NCBI RefSeq assembly: GCF_011745625.1
Contig: NW_027191474.1
Location: forward strand, 62,001-126,000
Direction of reading: 5' to 3'
Source: Cladosporium halotolerans
Lineage: Eukaryota
Length of the DNA: 64,000 nt
Shown: piece by piece, positions 44,453-56,665 of the stretch
How positions within the stretch are numbered: the first letter of the stretch is position 1
Layout: each line of letters starts with the position of its first letter
Position numbers and translations under genes: made by a program
Notes under the pieces: model-generated
Told to the model about the DNA's origin: nothing
Seen by the model: the letters and a program-made list of their open reading frames with translations, nothing else
The model's database searches: none

Positions 44453-45661
44453 ACTTCGAAGATGTGCTCTTCGCCCGGCGATTCACTTAGGCGTTCGGCC
44501 CTCCTCTTCCTGGGCCGGTGACCAGAACCTGATTCCATGTCCCAAGGCCGCAGCCTATCAGCACCCTCGAAACGGCTTCACGTCCGCCGTCGCAACTACG
44601 CATTCATCCGGCCATCTCCCCGGTCACGCCTCCGTTAACTACACTGATCCTCGGAGGTAGCAGCGGTACATTAGCGGAAACCCCCTCGGAAACCCCCCCA
44701 TCTTCTAGCGAATTGACAAAGCACTCGCTATGTCATCCGTGCGGCCACTTGAGGTGCCTGAGGCCGAGCGCACGCGCGGCGGCGGTCGATTATTACTACC
44801 TTCTACAACAAAACATGATCAAAGCGGCTCCCGGCGACCCTGCTGTTGCTCCGACACAAGAGCAGCAGCAGCAGAGCAGCAGCAGGAGCCCAAGTGAAAC
44901 GAGCTCGCCCGACGCAAGCAACACGTAGACCTCCAGCGTCCACTTCACGAGGGCGACTCGCCTGCGGTGCGGCCAGCAACCTCATTCATTTCCTCGCGGC
45001 CACAGCCCGTCCTCCGTCCATCTCTCCGATCACGCCCTTGGCCAAGAGTTCTACCCTTCGAGGCCATCTCCTGCAGTAACATTAGTTCGGAGGACAATTC
45101 CCGAGAGAATGTGCGCTCCATCGGGGTTCCAAGCGCGTGTCGGTCAACAGAGGCTACAGGCCGAGGCCGCGGCTCACCGCACTGACATTTAGAAGAATCT
45201 CTTTCGATGAACCGCGCGCGCCGGTCTTCAACGTTCATACACTCTACCTGGCCTCCATCAGAGCCTCGGGGGTTGTTTCCGCCTTGCGGACGCCGACAGA
45301 CGCCGAAATCTTCAGGTCTAGGTATATCGGCAAAGCGAGTCCAATCAGACGATAGCAATGAACTTGGTGATCGAGTTCCGAAGCCAAGAAGAATATCATA
45401 GCTCACCTCAAAAACACCAGAACGATAAAGTGAACGAAACAAGTCAAAAGGTAAGGTATAAAGTCCTCAATCAATTCCACGTAAAATATCTACCAAACGA
45501 ATCTAATAGTTCCAACTCCCCATGCGACGTGCCCGAAATGCAAAAGGTGTCTAAGAGGGCAGAGGCCGTTCAAAAAGTCGTCATCCCCCAAATCGGCCGA
45601 AGTAAAAAGTTCCCAAAAAGGTGCTGGCGATCGGGTTCTCTGGCGCTCAAGGCGAAGGCGC

Positions 45662-46032
45662 TTAGAGAGGGATGGAGACGCAGTTGGCCTCGAGGTTGAT
45701 GGCGTTGCCCTCGGAGTCGCCAGTCTCGCAGCACGCGGCGACGTTGGAGCCGCAGGCCTGCTGGACGGGGACGGCCACTGTTGTGATTGTTAGCCTCGAG
45801 GTTCGTTTGGAAGATGGGAGCTCGAGAGGGAATACGTACGGACGGGGACGTTCAGGCAGTTGAGACCGATGAGGTCCTCGCCGCTGTTGCAGCAGGCGAG
45901 CTTCTGGCCGTTGCCGCACTTGGCCTCGCCGGAGCTCTTGTCGACGGAGATCTTCTTGGCGCCGTCAGAGCCACCCTGGGCGTAGGCAACAGCAGCCACG
46001 GAGGCGATGAGGAGAGTCTTCATGAAGGCCAT
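45662..46032 (-). CDS. Class I hydrophobin (HCh-1/HCf-1-like); intron 45778-45839
   Basis: Signal peptide and eight Cys in a C-CC-C-C-CC-C pattern: CGNGQKLACCNSGEDLIGLNC...ACGSNVAACC...EANC. Confidence 0.96.
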
Positions 46033-47872
46033 TTTGTTGGTTTTGGGGGATTGACTGGAAGTCGGTTTGTAAAAAGGTTTGTTGTAGAAGCGAAAGTGGT
46101 GGATTGATGAGGTTGTTGGATGATGAGGAGAATTGACTGGAGGTGGTCGAGGAGTGAACATTTATATCTTGTCGACACCGCCGTTCGGGGTGCTGTGCTA
46201 TTGCATGGTGCTTTCTGTTATGGCGATGGCAATCCTTAATTGACCCGCATGTCTCAGTTGAAGAACTTCGGTGTACGCAGGTGTGGATTTCGCGGCTGCA
46301 TCAACTAGGCTCAACGAGGGGATTGTGGCACTCGGAATGCGTTATGCTACGGCTGATGCTCATCTTAGCAAGATTCCTTTGCCATCCGTGTGAGGATGGC
46401 CGTGTTCATCGAGGAGTATGGAAAGGAGTTGTTGCCTTGCGTTGCCTGAGATGCCTCGAATTCTGGGGAGGCGTTTTGCGGGAGTGCCTGGATTCACCCC
46501 ACCTCTCCACATGGCGCTGTCGCTCACCGCTCGCCCTGTCTGAGACCACAATTGCCCGCCTCCGACGTGTCTGGCACAACGAAATCGCTGTACACAACCC
46601 CACCGGACTCGACCATCCTCCCGCCCCTCCCGTCCCTAATGCGCGGCTGATCCTCCACCGCGGAGGGCGACCGCGGGGCCGATTTGGCGGTTGCTCTCCC
46701 TACAAGCAAATTGCCGCCGGACGATCTCCCCTAGATGCGTCCTCACCGCTGGCCCTCCGGTGCATACTCGTGACCTTCCCGCAACGTCGGTGTGCTCTGC
46801 CCGCTGTATTCTTGGCTCGACTAGCCATTAGCCGCCTGGGGTGGAAGCAACAGCACCGCAATGGCTGGCCTCAACGACAACCTCCCAACCCCAACAACGC
46901 GGATTTGATGTCCGTCCCGCGACATGTGAGTGCTGCTCCTAACGCTTCTCCAATCTGGAATGCAATCTACCTTCCAGTGAAGTGGGACCCTGCGAAACAG
47001 GAGAGGCGGTAAACAAACATCTCGGTGGGGGGTTTGGAGGTGGGGAGTCTCCTCACCCAGCAGCCCATTGGTGTTTTGTATCTGGAATGCCACTTGCTAT
47101 CACTGCCAGCTACCGGGGAGAAACATGTCTTCGATAAGGATCTGTCCTCTGATATCCTCGAGGCCAACATCAACAGCAGCTCGGAGAGTATGCCGAGGTG
47201 AAATTGCTCGAGCATGCGAAGAGACACCTCAGCCTACTCAATACCGAGCTTCCTGCCATGCCATCCCTGATATTCACCAGAGCCCACAACAGCAGTTCCG
47301 CCACTGTACACGGCCCTTCCACGCTACACAAAATGCTTCCTGCACCTGAAATTCGAACAATCCGTGCAAACACGTGGTTCCCTTTTCGGACACCATCGCA
47401 CAGCCGTTCTGCAATACTCGAAAGCGGCTTTAGCGCCTTCCAGTTCCACGTATAAGCTAGATGTACGCTCAACGTGTTTTAGCAACACAGCTTGTCGGGC
47501 CGATATGTTCTTGCACACCATGAGGGACGAAATGATCCTCACGCAGGTCTCTCCTTGCGTCAAGACTTGCTGGTATGCCCGTTCCTTGCAGATATGTCGC
47601 AAGTGCACCACGATGGCTGGTACAGGTCACCTCAGCCACCAGCCTGCGAGATTTCTGCGCTACATTGACTTGATGCTAGTATACTGCGGCCTGGAAGAAG
47701 GCACCCTACAACTCGGGACCATTGGCGAAGACCCCGAAGGATGAGCGAGGACAAAGAGCTCCTCAAAACTCACATCTGTACATCACAGGACCCTCATTTA
47801 GCCACAGTATGAATTGTTCGAGGGATAAATCACGATTCCAGACCATATTTGCGAACTACCGACCCCCACGAT

Positions 47873-49992
47873 CTACTTCGCAGCCGCAAGGACCGCTACA
47901 CTCCAAGCAGGAAGCGTGACCTCAAACTTACCAACCTCACCCTGAACTTCACTCACAACAGGCTTAACCTTCTCCTGCCCCGGAAGATTGCTCTCCATCT
48001 CCTCAGCACTGATGACAGTCAACTGCGCCGCCGTCTTGCCCTCAAGCTGAACCTTCACACTCTGCTCCGAAGCCCCATAGTTCGCCATCTTGACGAAGAA
48101 CGTCTGGCCTCCACCAGCGCTGCTCGCAACCCAATACACCGGGCCAAAACCCGCGTCCGCCTCCACAGCGTGGATCTTGTCGCCGCGGTTCGACGCAAAC
48201 ATCTGCTGCACGAAATAGCTGATCGAGCGCGTAACTCCATTCGTCGTATCATAGCCAAACAGGTTAGGCGACCAGTCGCGCAGACCGAAATGCTCGAGCA
48301 TAGGCGCGAACGCCGCAGCACGCACGACGTCGCTGTTGCGCTCGAAGCCGATGGCGTAGACGGCCTCGCTGACGGCGCCGATCATAGTCGGGTAGTCGGT
48401 GGTCGAGCCGTCGTTGTTGGTCGTGCTGCCGTACTCGCCGACGATGACGGGCTGCGAGCGCGGCTGGTGGTCGAAGGCGCTGAAGTTGCCGACGAACTGG
48501 TCGGGCGGGAGGTACTGGTGGACGTCCTGGAGGACGCCTTCGGGGAGGTCGTCGATGACGCCCGCGGGGCCGTTCTGCTTGGCCGTCGTCGCGATGATTT
48601 GCAGCTGCGGGTATTTGGCGTGGATGGCGTCGTAGTATTGTTTGAAGCGCGCGGGGTAGGAGTCGCCGCCGTTGTTGAGGAAGTCTTCGTTGCCGACTTC
48701 GACGAAGGGGATGTCGAAGGGGCTTTGGTAGCCGAGCGAGGCGCGGTACTGTCCGCCTGGCGTGCTGGAGTCGCCGAGTAGGAACTACAAGGGGGCAGTG
48801 GTCAGTACGCGGTGTTTTCTGCGGATTTCGGTCGACTCACCTCGAGCTCGTCCATCGTCTCCTGGACGTAAGGCTCCAACGCAGCCCCGGGCTCGACCAT
48901 GCCGCCACCGATGGTAAGACCAGCCCAGACATCAAGCACTGGCGCGAGGTCCATGTCAATGCACCACTCCATGTACTCGATGAGGCCGAGTCCATCGGTG
49001 TTCGGGTATCCCCAGTTGCCTTGGCGTCCAGGGCGATCCTGCACGGGTCCCAGGGTCTCGTTCCACTTCCATCGGTTGTCGATGGAAGAGCCCTCACTTT
49101 TAGAAACTTGCATCAGTTCAATATTCTCAAGAGGACAGACTTCCAGGTAACTCACATGTTGTTGCCTCCCGGGAAGCGCAAGAAAGAGCCGTTCAGAGCA
49201 TTCACCGTCTCAGCCACCTCCGCATTGAGGCCGTTCGGACTACATTTCGCGGATCAGCAAAACGATTCTGTGGCGATTCGTCTATCGTCACTAACTCACC
49301 GCTGCTTGAACGTCTCGCCATACAACAACGGGAACCCGAGGTTCAAGGTTCCGTCAGACGCAGTCGCCGCATCGAAGGTAAGGGTCCACAGGTTGTTGCC
49401 GTCGGAGGCGGACTTCGACACAGGGATTGAGGTGTTGTACTGCGTGAAAGAGCCGCTTTCACTCTTGACATCGACCTTCGCAGATCCGAGGACGCTCTGA
49501 TCGTTGGCGTTAACGAGCGAGACGGTTACGGGGCCCGAGTAGGCGCCTTGGAGCCAGAACTGTGTGTTGTAGTCTCCCTCCAGGACTGCAAGTCTGTCAG
49601 CTACATAGACAGAGGTCCTTCTTGCGAAAATACTCACCGCGAATGCCCTTGTAACCCGGGTTAGAGACGCCAAACGAGCCATTCGCTCCACCCTGCGCGC
49701 TGATGGCAATCGTTGGGTGGTTCGCCTTCCCAATCGTCGTCGCATTATCCTGCCTCACCTGCGCCTGCCCGACCGCCTTCCACGGATCAATGCTGACGTT
49801 GACGCCCTGGAAGCCGTTGTTCTGCAGCAGCTGGCCGTACAAGGTTCCGTCGCCGGAGTGGCTGATGTCCTCGAACATGATGCCGTACAGGTAAGGGCTG
49901 GAAGCGTTGCCGCCGGATTGCGAGACTTTGAGCTCGAGACCTGCCGCTGTCGAAGCGGCGAGGGCGAAGAGCCCTGCTAGGTGCCGGACCAT
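47873..49992 (-). CDS. Secreted alpha-L-arabinofuranosidase, GH51; introns 49586-49637, 49240-49299, 49097-49155, 48785-48840
   Basis: Motifs YGIMFEDISHSGDG, LRFPGGNNIEG, NTDGLGLIEY, VEVGNED, VGEY and GFERNSD. Confidence 0.95.
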
Positions 49993-51054
49993 AGCGAAGC
50001 GAGTTGTGAATGAAGATGGAAAGGGATAATGATACCTCGGGAAGTGAAGAAGGCTCTGAAGAAGGAAATTAACGAGTCGCCGCGCAAGCGGCCGAACCTA
50101 CTTATACCATCGCATCTAAGCACATGCGGCTCAAAAATGAGGCTCAAAACCGACGCGGCTCATCTTTCTGCCCTTACTCTACTCCACAATAACAGGCGAC
50201 CTACTCGTTCGAGCAGGTCGGCTCGCGCCGTGGGGAATAAGCATTGTACTTTGCGGGCCGCGAGAGGCTTTAGTGTCTTGTTAGGTCGAAGCATCTGTAC
50301 AAAGTGCCGGTGGCGCGTCGGTCGGTTTGCTTGGCTGCTCGGGGATGTTCGCGGTTTTGGATATAGTCATTCGTGCGGCATGAAACCACTTGCTGTGACC
50401 TGCGGATGCCGTCTGGAGAGCTGTCCGTGTTCCTGATCGGCGACAGACGATCGGCGTCCGGGCTTCGAGTGGTGCAGCGAGCACAGGCACATACGAGCAA
50501 TCAACGAAGATGGCTCGGAGACTCTTTCGTCCATCACGTCCACACAAAACCCCCAGGATGAACGTGCCGTTACCCGCATGACGTCCTCCCCGTATTCTCT
50601 CCATCTGGAGCTACGACGACTGTCGACTGGGAGTGGATACTCCATAGTGCTCAGGCTAAATTCCATGTGGAGGGCCGATGTGGGGAAGTAGGTATACGAT
50701 GATGAATGTGATATCCATAGCTGGCTGGACGATCAATTCCTCTGCGCAAAAGCAACTGCCGTGAATGGGCTCGCATACCTCGCAGAGATATTGCCCCTCT
50801 GCGAATTGCTTGCAAAATTGTAAAGATGCTGGAATGGGCAAAAAGACAAAAACATACAACAGGCGGAATCCCCAGATGGTCACCCACTCTAGTACTAGTC
50901 GCCCGGTTCAGTGCTTATGTATGGCAGAGCGGACGGGATACTAGGGTTTCACAGCCTACTCCTGGAATCGTTTCCAGGATCCTAACTGCTTACACATTGC
51001 TAATTCTTTGATCCTGCTTCTTCTCGTTTCGTCTAATAAAATACTAGGGATTTA

Positions 51055-52164
51055 ACCTGCATCCCCGCATTGCGATAATCCCCGCTGAGCGAAGCCGTCA
51101 GCCGTTGGAGCCGCGCAGGATACTTCACACGTACCCTATCAGCGATCAGGGTATTGCGCAATGTATGGCGTCGCTGAATCATGCATCTACCGTAATCGCA
51201 TTTACTTTATGGTCGATATGGTCACCCACAGCTGGCTAAAAGATGGTACGCCCTGAAGCGCTTTCCTGGCTTTCCGGCTCCATCCGACCATATCACCTTT
51301 CTCACCAGTATGAAGGAGCTGTCTATCACATAGATGAATACTGTAGCCTCTAATGTTTCACCAAGTCGCTGATCGGACCAGGTGAGCGTGGAGGGGGGCT
51401 CTTCCATCTCCGCGGGCCTTCCTCTCTTCTCAACTCTGGGACAGCGGCAGAAGCTGCGCGGAGTCTCAGGTCAGCAAAGGGTACAGTATGGAAAGAACAT
51501 CAAAAGGCGACGATGACCTCTATTTTGACTTGGCAGGGACCGATGCTACTACTCCGGAGCTTCCGGCTTCGACCAAATGGCACCGCGCCCACGGCCGGTC
51601 AACACGAAAACAAAGTGCAGCTAGCCGCCAGCTACTCACACCGCCAGAGGAAGAGTCCCTAGTGGGATATGTACTTCGCATGTCCCATAATGGATACCCT
51701 TTGCAAGTGAAACATCCGAGAAGCCTAGCAGCAGTGCTACTGAGCCAGCGAGCAAAAAAACCGAGATGCTGCAAACGTGCCTGCCGAACGTACGTTGCCA
51801 GGAAGGAACTGGCCACAAGCATTCTACAAGCGCCATTTAGAACTGACGAGTCAGCGATTGAAAGCAATAGACTGGAAGAGGCATGAGCATAATATATACC
51901 ATAAAATAGTGGAGTGGTTTACGATCATAGGTCCACAGCTGCAGGCGCCCACGGTCTTGAAAGAGAACGTGTACAACATGGATGAGACAGGCATCACGCT
52001 CAGCGCTCTGGGCTCCCTAAAGGTCTTGGTCGGTCAAGATGACCTCAGGAACTATCGGGGCGCTGGCGTGCAGCGGACAATGATTACCGCCGTAGAATGT
52101 ATCTGCGCGGACGGTCACTTTCGGCTTCGCTCAGTCGGGAATTTCGCAATGCGGGGATGCAGGT
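51055..52164 (+). mobile_element. Non-autonomous, internally deleted pogo/Fot1-type (Tc1/mariner superfamily) DNA transposon
   Basis: 43-bp TIRs at 51055-51097 and 52122-52164 with 4 mismatches. TA on both flanks (51053-54, 52165-66). Contains a transposase fragment. Confidence 0.93.
51560..52121 (+). pseudogene. Frameshifted, truncated DDE_1 transposase (CENP-B-type HTH plus start of the DDE domain)
   Basis: LLTPPEEESLV...GYP, frameshift, then PGRNWPQAFYKRH, NVYNMDETG and ITAVECICADG, running straight into the right TIR. Confidence 0.92.
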
Positions 52165-52240
52165 TACCTGGTAAGTATTAACTACTAAAACGTTATACTC
52201 GAATTGACAATTACCGTTGCTTTACTGCCCTACATCTCAT

Positions 52241-54633
52241 TTAGCTACACTCTGGGTGCTCGTGAGAACCATCGAGCTTCACATTTTCCACATCTGCTAG
52301 GAGCTGGTCCACCCTCCACTCTGCCGGGTCTGCAGCGATATCTGCGACTTTGACAGGATAATCGGACTGCGTATGAGCTGCGAAGAGCCTCTTACGGCTT
52401 GTGTCAGGCGCCGTGTCGTCCAAAACATCCAAGAATCGGATATGTTCAGAATCAATGTTGTTGAGCAGTAAGTGGTAAACAAGTTCAACAAGGTAGAAGT
52501 GCTCTCCTTGCTGACGCAAACCCCTGGCGCAAAGAGCCAGTGTGGACAGCATTTCCGTTTGACTTGCTTCTGCTGAATTCGACTTCAACCAATCCAAGAC
52601 TTTGAACCCAACAAGATTCAAGAATTGCACGATGAAACAGTCGACTGTCTCGAAACCATGCCGAAGATAATAGAGACGTACTAGTGTCTCGAGGCAGTGC
52701 CGTGCACGAGTGGCGATAAATGAAGGCTTTTGTCCACACTCATTCTCGTTCTTGGGGAGAAATACTTCTCTCTGGACCTCTGTCGCGGAAAGTGGCTCGT
52801 GTAAGCTCAGAACGATGTGATGATACCACATGCTAAAACTTCTTAGTATTGAACGTTGTTGAACAACCATCACCCAAAATAAATATTGAGCAAATCTCGC
52901 AAGGCCAAAAACACTTACTGGATCTGTATCTGAGCTGGGAAACAAATATTCTTCGCTTGCAACGGCCACGGTAGATTTCGAAACCAGTTAGTAAGCTTAG
53001 CCTGAAAGCGTTCACAGACATTCTTGCTGAGTTTCTGACTACAAGGCGCTTCGAACCACTTGTGGCAGTTGATGGCATTTGCTATAAGGTATAGCTCTGC
53101 CCAAGCTTTGAAGAGGCTCCCGTGGTGCAATAGCCACAGCTTATCACTTTGTGGATACTTTAGCCAAACCTCTCCAAAGTACGCTCCTGCAAGTTCGTGG
53201 GAAGGCAGAGGCTGCGATGGTGGCTCCTTGAACAACGGTTGCTTGAAAAGTACCCAAGACCACATGCTATCATGAAGTTAGTCGCCGGATATCTGCGGAA
53301 AGAGATCCGGAGACTTACCACGTCCACGTGAACGTACTCCAGGCTGTGATGAACTTGACTTTCTCCAGGTTGTCTTTCAGATCGTCTTGAGAGGGAGACA
53401 TCAAAGACATCTGCTTTGCCATGTTCGCTGCACGTACAATATACAGCCAACCAAGCTTATCCAAGCCGGACCTGCCAGTTTCGGAACCTAATACCAAAAG
53501 CGCCTGTATCGTAGTCAACTTGCTACTGTCACCATCCAATTCAAGCAATCTCTTGCTCTCAGCTAAGAAACGATACGACATGTTGGACGGGTCCCAGAAG
53601 TCGGCTCGGTTATTCAGACGGCTGGAGCCGTGCTATCAGCAGGTCAGTCAAGCTACTGGTACTTGTTGAAAGAACATCATACGCAAGCTGACGCCAAAAT
53701 GGCATTTACCAGAATGGAGGAACAGAACTCCTGCCTACCAGCAGCCATATCTCCCAGGAACAAGTCCTTGTGGAGAACTGGCACTGATGTGTGCTCGTTG
53801 ACGAAATACAATTCCAGTAGGTGTTGCACCATAGCATTGTCCGCCGTTACTGAGGTCCACCTCGTTGCTTGAACAGAGTCAATGTTCGAGTCCACTAACT
53901 TGGCACCATGGTATGGTGTGAGGTATGGCGCGAATTGCTGCTGCGGACTTGAATCTATATCTGCACCGAGAATCACTGTATTGTTGTTACCAGCTTGAGT
54001 GTCAAAGTTTTTCTCGTACATTGTCGAGTGCATGTAAGGATTCCCAGGTTGATCAAGGAACTTTGGCATCGATTTCGTGACCGGAAAGTCGTACCGATAG
54101 CGACTCTCTGGCTTGAGCGCGAGTTGAAGCTGTAACTCGCCGCCTTCGACGCGCCTTAGCAGGCATTCGGCATTTTCTGTAGTTCTTATGTGGCGAAATA
54201 TTTGTAGAGCTTGTTCTTCAGGCAAAGACCTTATCATTTTGTGAAGCCCCTCAAAAGCTTCGATTCTCTGCTCAAGCACGTCGTGCTTGCGCTTTGTTGC
54301 CGCGACATGAGTCTCAGATGGCGCAGTGTTGTAGATGCATGGGGTGTCTCGTATTTCACAAGCTTGGCATCTGTATCGGGGTTTCCAGTGTTAGTCACAT
54401 GGCTCGCTTCTATGATCTCGCGAAGAGCAGGAGAACAACTCTAATGGACGTACTTCGGACGTTGTGCAGAGCACTATGAATACGTTAGTCTCAGTGTGTA
54501 TGCAAGTTGTGGCCGTTAGAAAGGGCAAGACCTTTTGTTTGCGTCTGCGACACGCTTCGCATGCCGCTACGACTTGAGCGCGCTTCTTGACAATACTTGA
54601 GCTACTGGAGATGTTTCGGCTACGTTGATGCAT
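52241..54633 (-). CDS. Zn(II)2Cys6 fungal transcription factor (NirA-like architecture); introns 54474-54531, 54371-54453, 53633-53682, 53267-53318, 52833-52918
   Basis: Spliced CEACRRRKQKCSAQRPKCQACEIRDTPC includes a 20-nt micro-exon. Middle-domain motifs FCSSILVNAILA and TTIQALL; all exons join in frame. Confidence 0.9.
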
Positions 54634-55435
54634 TGGTATGGAAACGCTAGAGAAAGAGATTTGGGTCGTTCTTATTCCAGAAGTTATGGATGTGAAAGAG
54701 GAAACAATCGATTCAGCTTTTGGGAAGATGTGGTTACGCCTTACTGAGCACTTGCTAGCCGCGAGGCAGGGATTCGCTGCGGGGAAATTCCCTAGCGCCG
54801 CATCTTTCGGAGACCATCCTGGACTATGAATTAGAGATTCGGCTTTGCTCTGATACGCGCTAGCAAGTTTCGGCCTTAGGCTACAGGATTAGATCCTGGA
54901 TCCTGAATCCTAGATCCAACAGTTCAGGTTGCCAAGTGCAAGATAGCAGCTATTCGGCTGCCGGTGATGCAGGGTGATGATAAATGCAGCAAACTCATAA
55001 TCCAAGGTACGTTCACCTGCTGGAATAGACAACCATGTCCTAACGCTTCCTCTGGAGAAAACATGCAGCCGAAGATCGATTGGCAGCAATTTCAGCAGAT
55101 GCAGAACATGATGCAACAAATGATGCACATGCAGATGCAACAGCAGGCACAAACTTGGGTTCTTGTGCAACGAAGTCCGAGGCAAGTGCTGATATGCTTT
55201 TGCAAGTCGTGAAGAGTTTGGAGAACATTGCTAGACATCAGGAATGACGAGTGTGAAATTGAACCAATAACGTGGATACTGTACTCCTCTTTTATGCGGA
55301 AAGAAACGAGCATCAATCATTTCATAGGCATTGAGGCACTGAGTCGCTTGTCAAAGTTGAGCCTGAAGCTTGAGCGAAGCAGGTGTGCAGTAAAGGAACT
55401 CGACGGCCTCGCCCCCTTCGATATACGGCCGCCTT

Positions 55436-56182
55436 TTGCCACCTCTAGCCGTCGAGCGCGCGAAAGTATACATCTCTCCCTCCGCAACCATCAAGTATCC
55501 ATCATCGACAAACCGACAGCGAATCTCATTCACCCATCCCCGTCGCTCCACGCTCCCATCCTCCTCACCAACGTCAACAAGCTCATCCTCGCGCCATCGT
55601 CAACAACCTCGTCCTCTTCGCCAACGTCAACATGTCTCTCGCACCTCACGCCATTACCATCACCACTTATCAAACCCACTCGGTCGCATTCCTCGAAGCA
55701 GCAAGCCGCCTCGACATCCGCCACATCGACGACCTCGTACGTACTCACCAGACCCACACACCTTTTAATCAACAAGACTAACAACCTCAAAGCGCATCAC
55801 AGACGAAACCTCACCGCAATGCCCCGCCCTCGCCTCCTCCCCACCCCTCCTCATCCCGGGAATCGCAACAGCCCTGACCAGCACCGCGTAAGCCCCTCTT
55901 CTCCTCCCACCCAGCAAGCCACACCAAAACCACTAACACCAACACCAGTTCCCCCGCCAAACCCTCGTCCTCCCAGTCCCACCAACAAAACGCCGGCCCC
56001 CGCCCCATAACACCCACGCCCACGCCCCTGTCCGCCATCACCAGACGTTGCTCGAAGAGCGGTCCTGGATGCTTTTCGAAGTGGAAGCGGAGCAGCAGCG
56101 GCGGCCGGGAGTGAAAGTGGAGAGGAAGAAGCGCACGCCGCTGGTGAGGAGGAGGCGGGCGAGTAGGCGGGAGAGATGGTGA
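55436..56182 (+). CDS. Possible low-complexity Arg/Pro/His-rich protein; start unresolved; putative introns 55737-55791 and 55888-55948
   Basis: Two canonical-looking introns (GTACGT..CTAAC..AAG and GTAAGC..CTAAC..CAG) give an open frame ending LEERSWMLFEVE...RRERW. No recognisable domain. Confidence 0.35.
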
Positions 56183-56665
56183 TTGAAGGTTTTAGGAGAA
56201 TGAGGGTGGGTAGGAGATCTTGTTGGGGACGGCGGTACTATGAGCAGCTACCGTCGGCGATCGAGTTGGAAGTAGGGGGTCGAGAACGCGGAGAGACACA
56301 AGCACGTGATGAAGTGAAGTTCAAAAAAGTTCTCCATTTATCGTAAAAGCCATTCATTACCTTACAACCTCTGCCGATTGAGCGGCGATCCCCAAATCCA
56401 AGCCGAAATAGAGGGGAGCGAAAAACCTGGGACGCTTCTCCAGCAGACCCATGAGTAGCTGGCGTCCTTCTGCTCAACCCCAACCCATTGAAAATCTTAC
56501 AAGCCCAAAACCAGTCTCCTGAAACGCCAGCGCTATGCGTATAGTACAGTCCAAGAAAATCAAAGCACCAAGTGGCGCCCACGCCCTATCCCAGATCTCT
56601 TCAAGACTCTGCTCGGCCTCAACTGTTCGGCCACAGAAGTCAGAGAACGCAGTCCTCCCAGTAAA

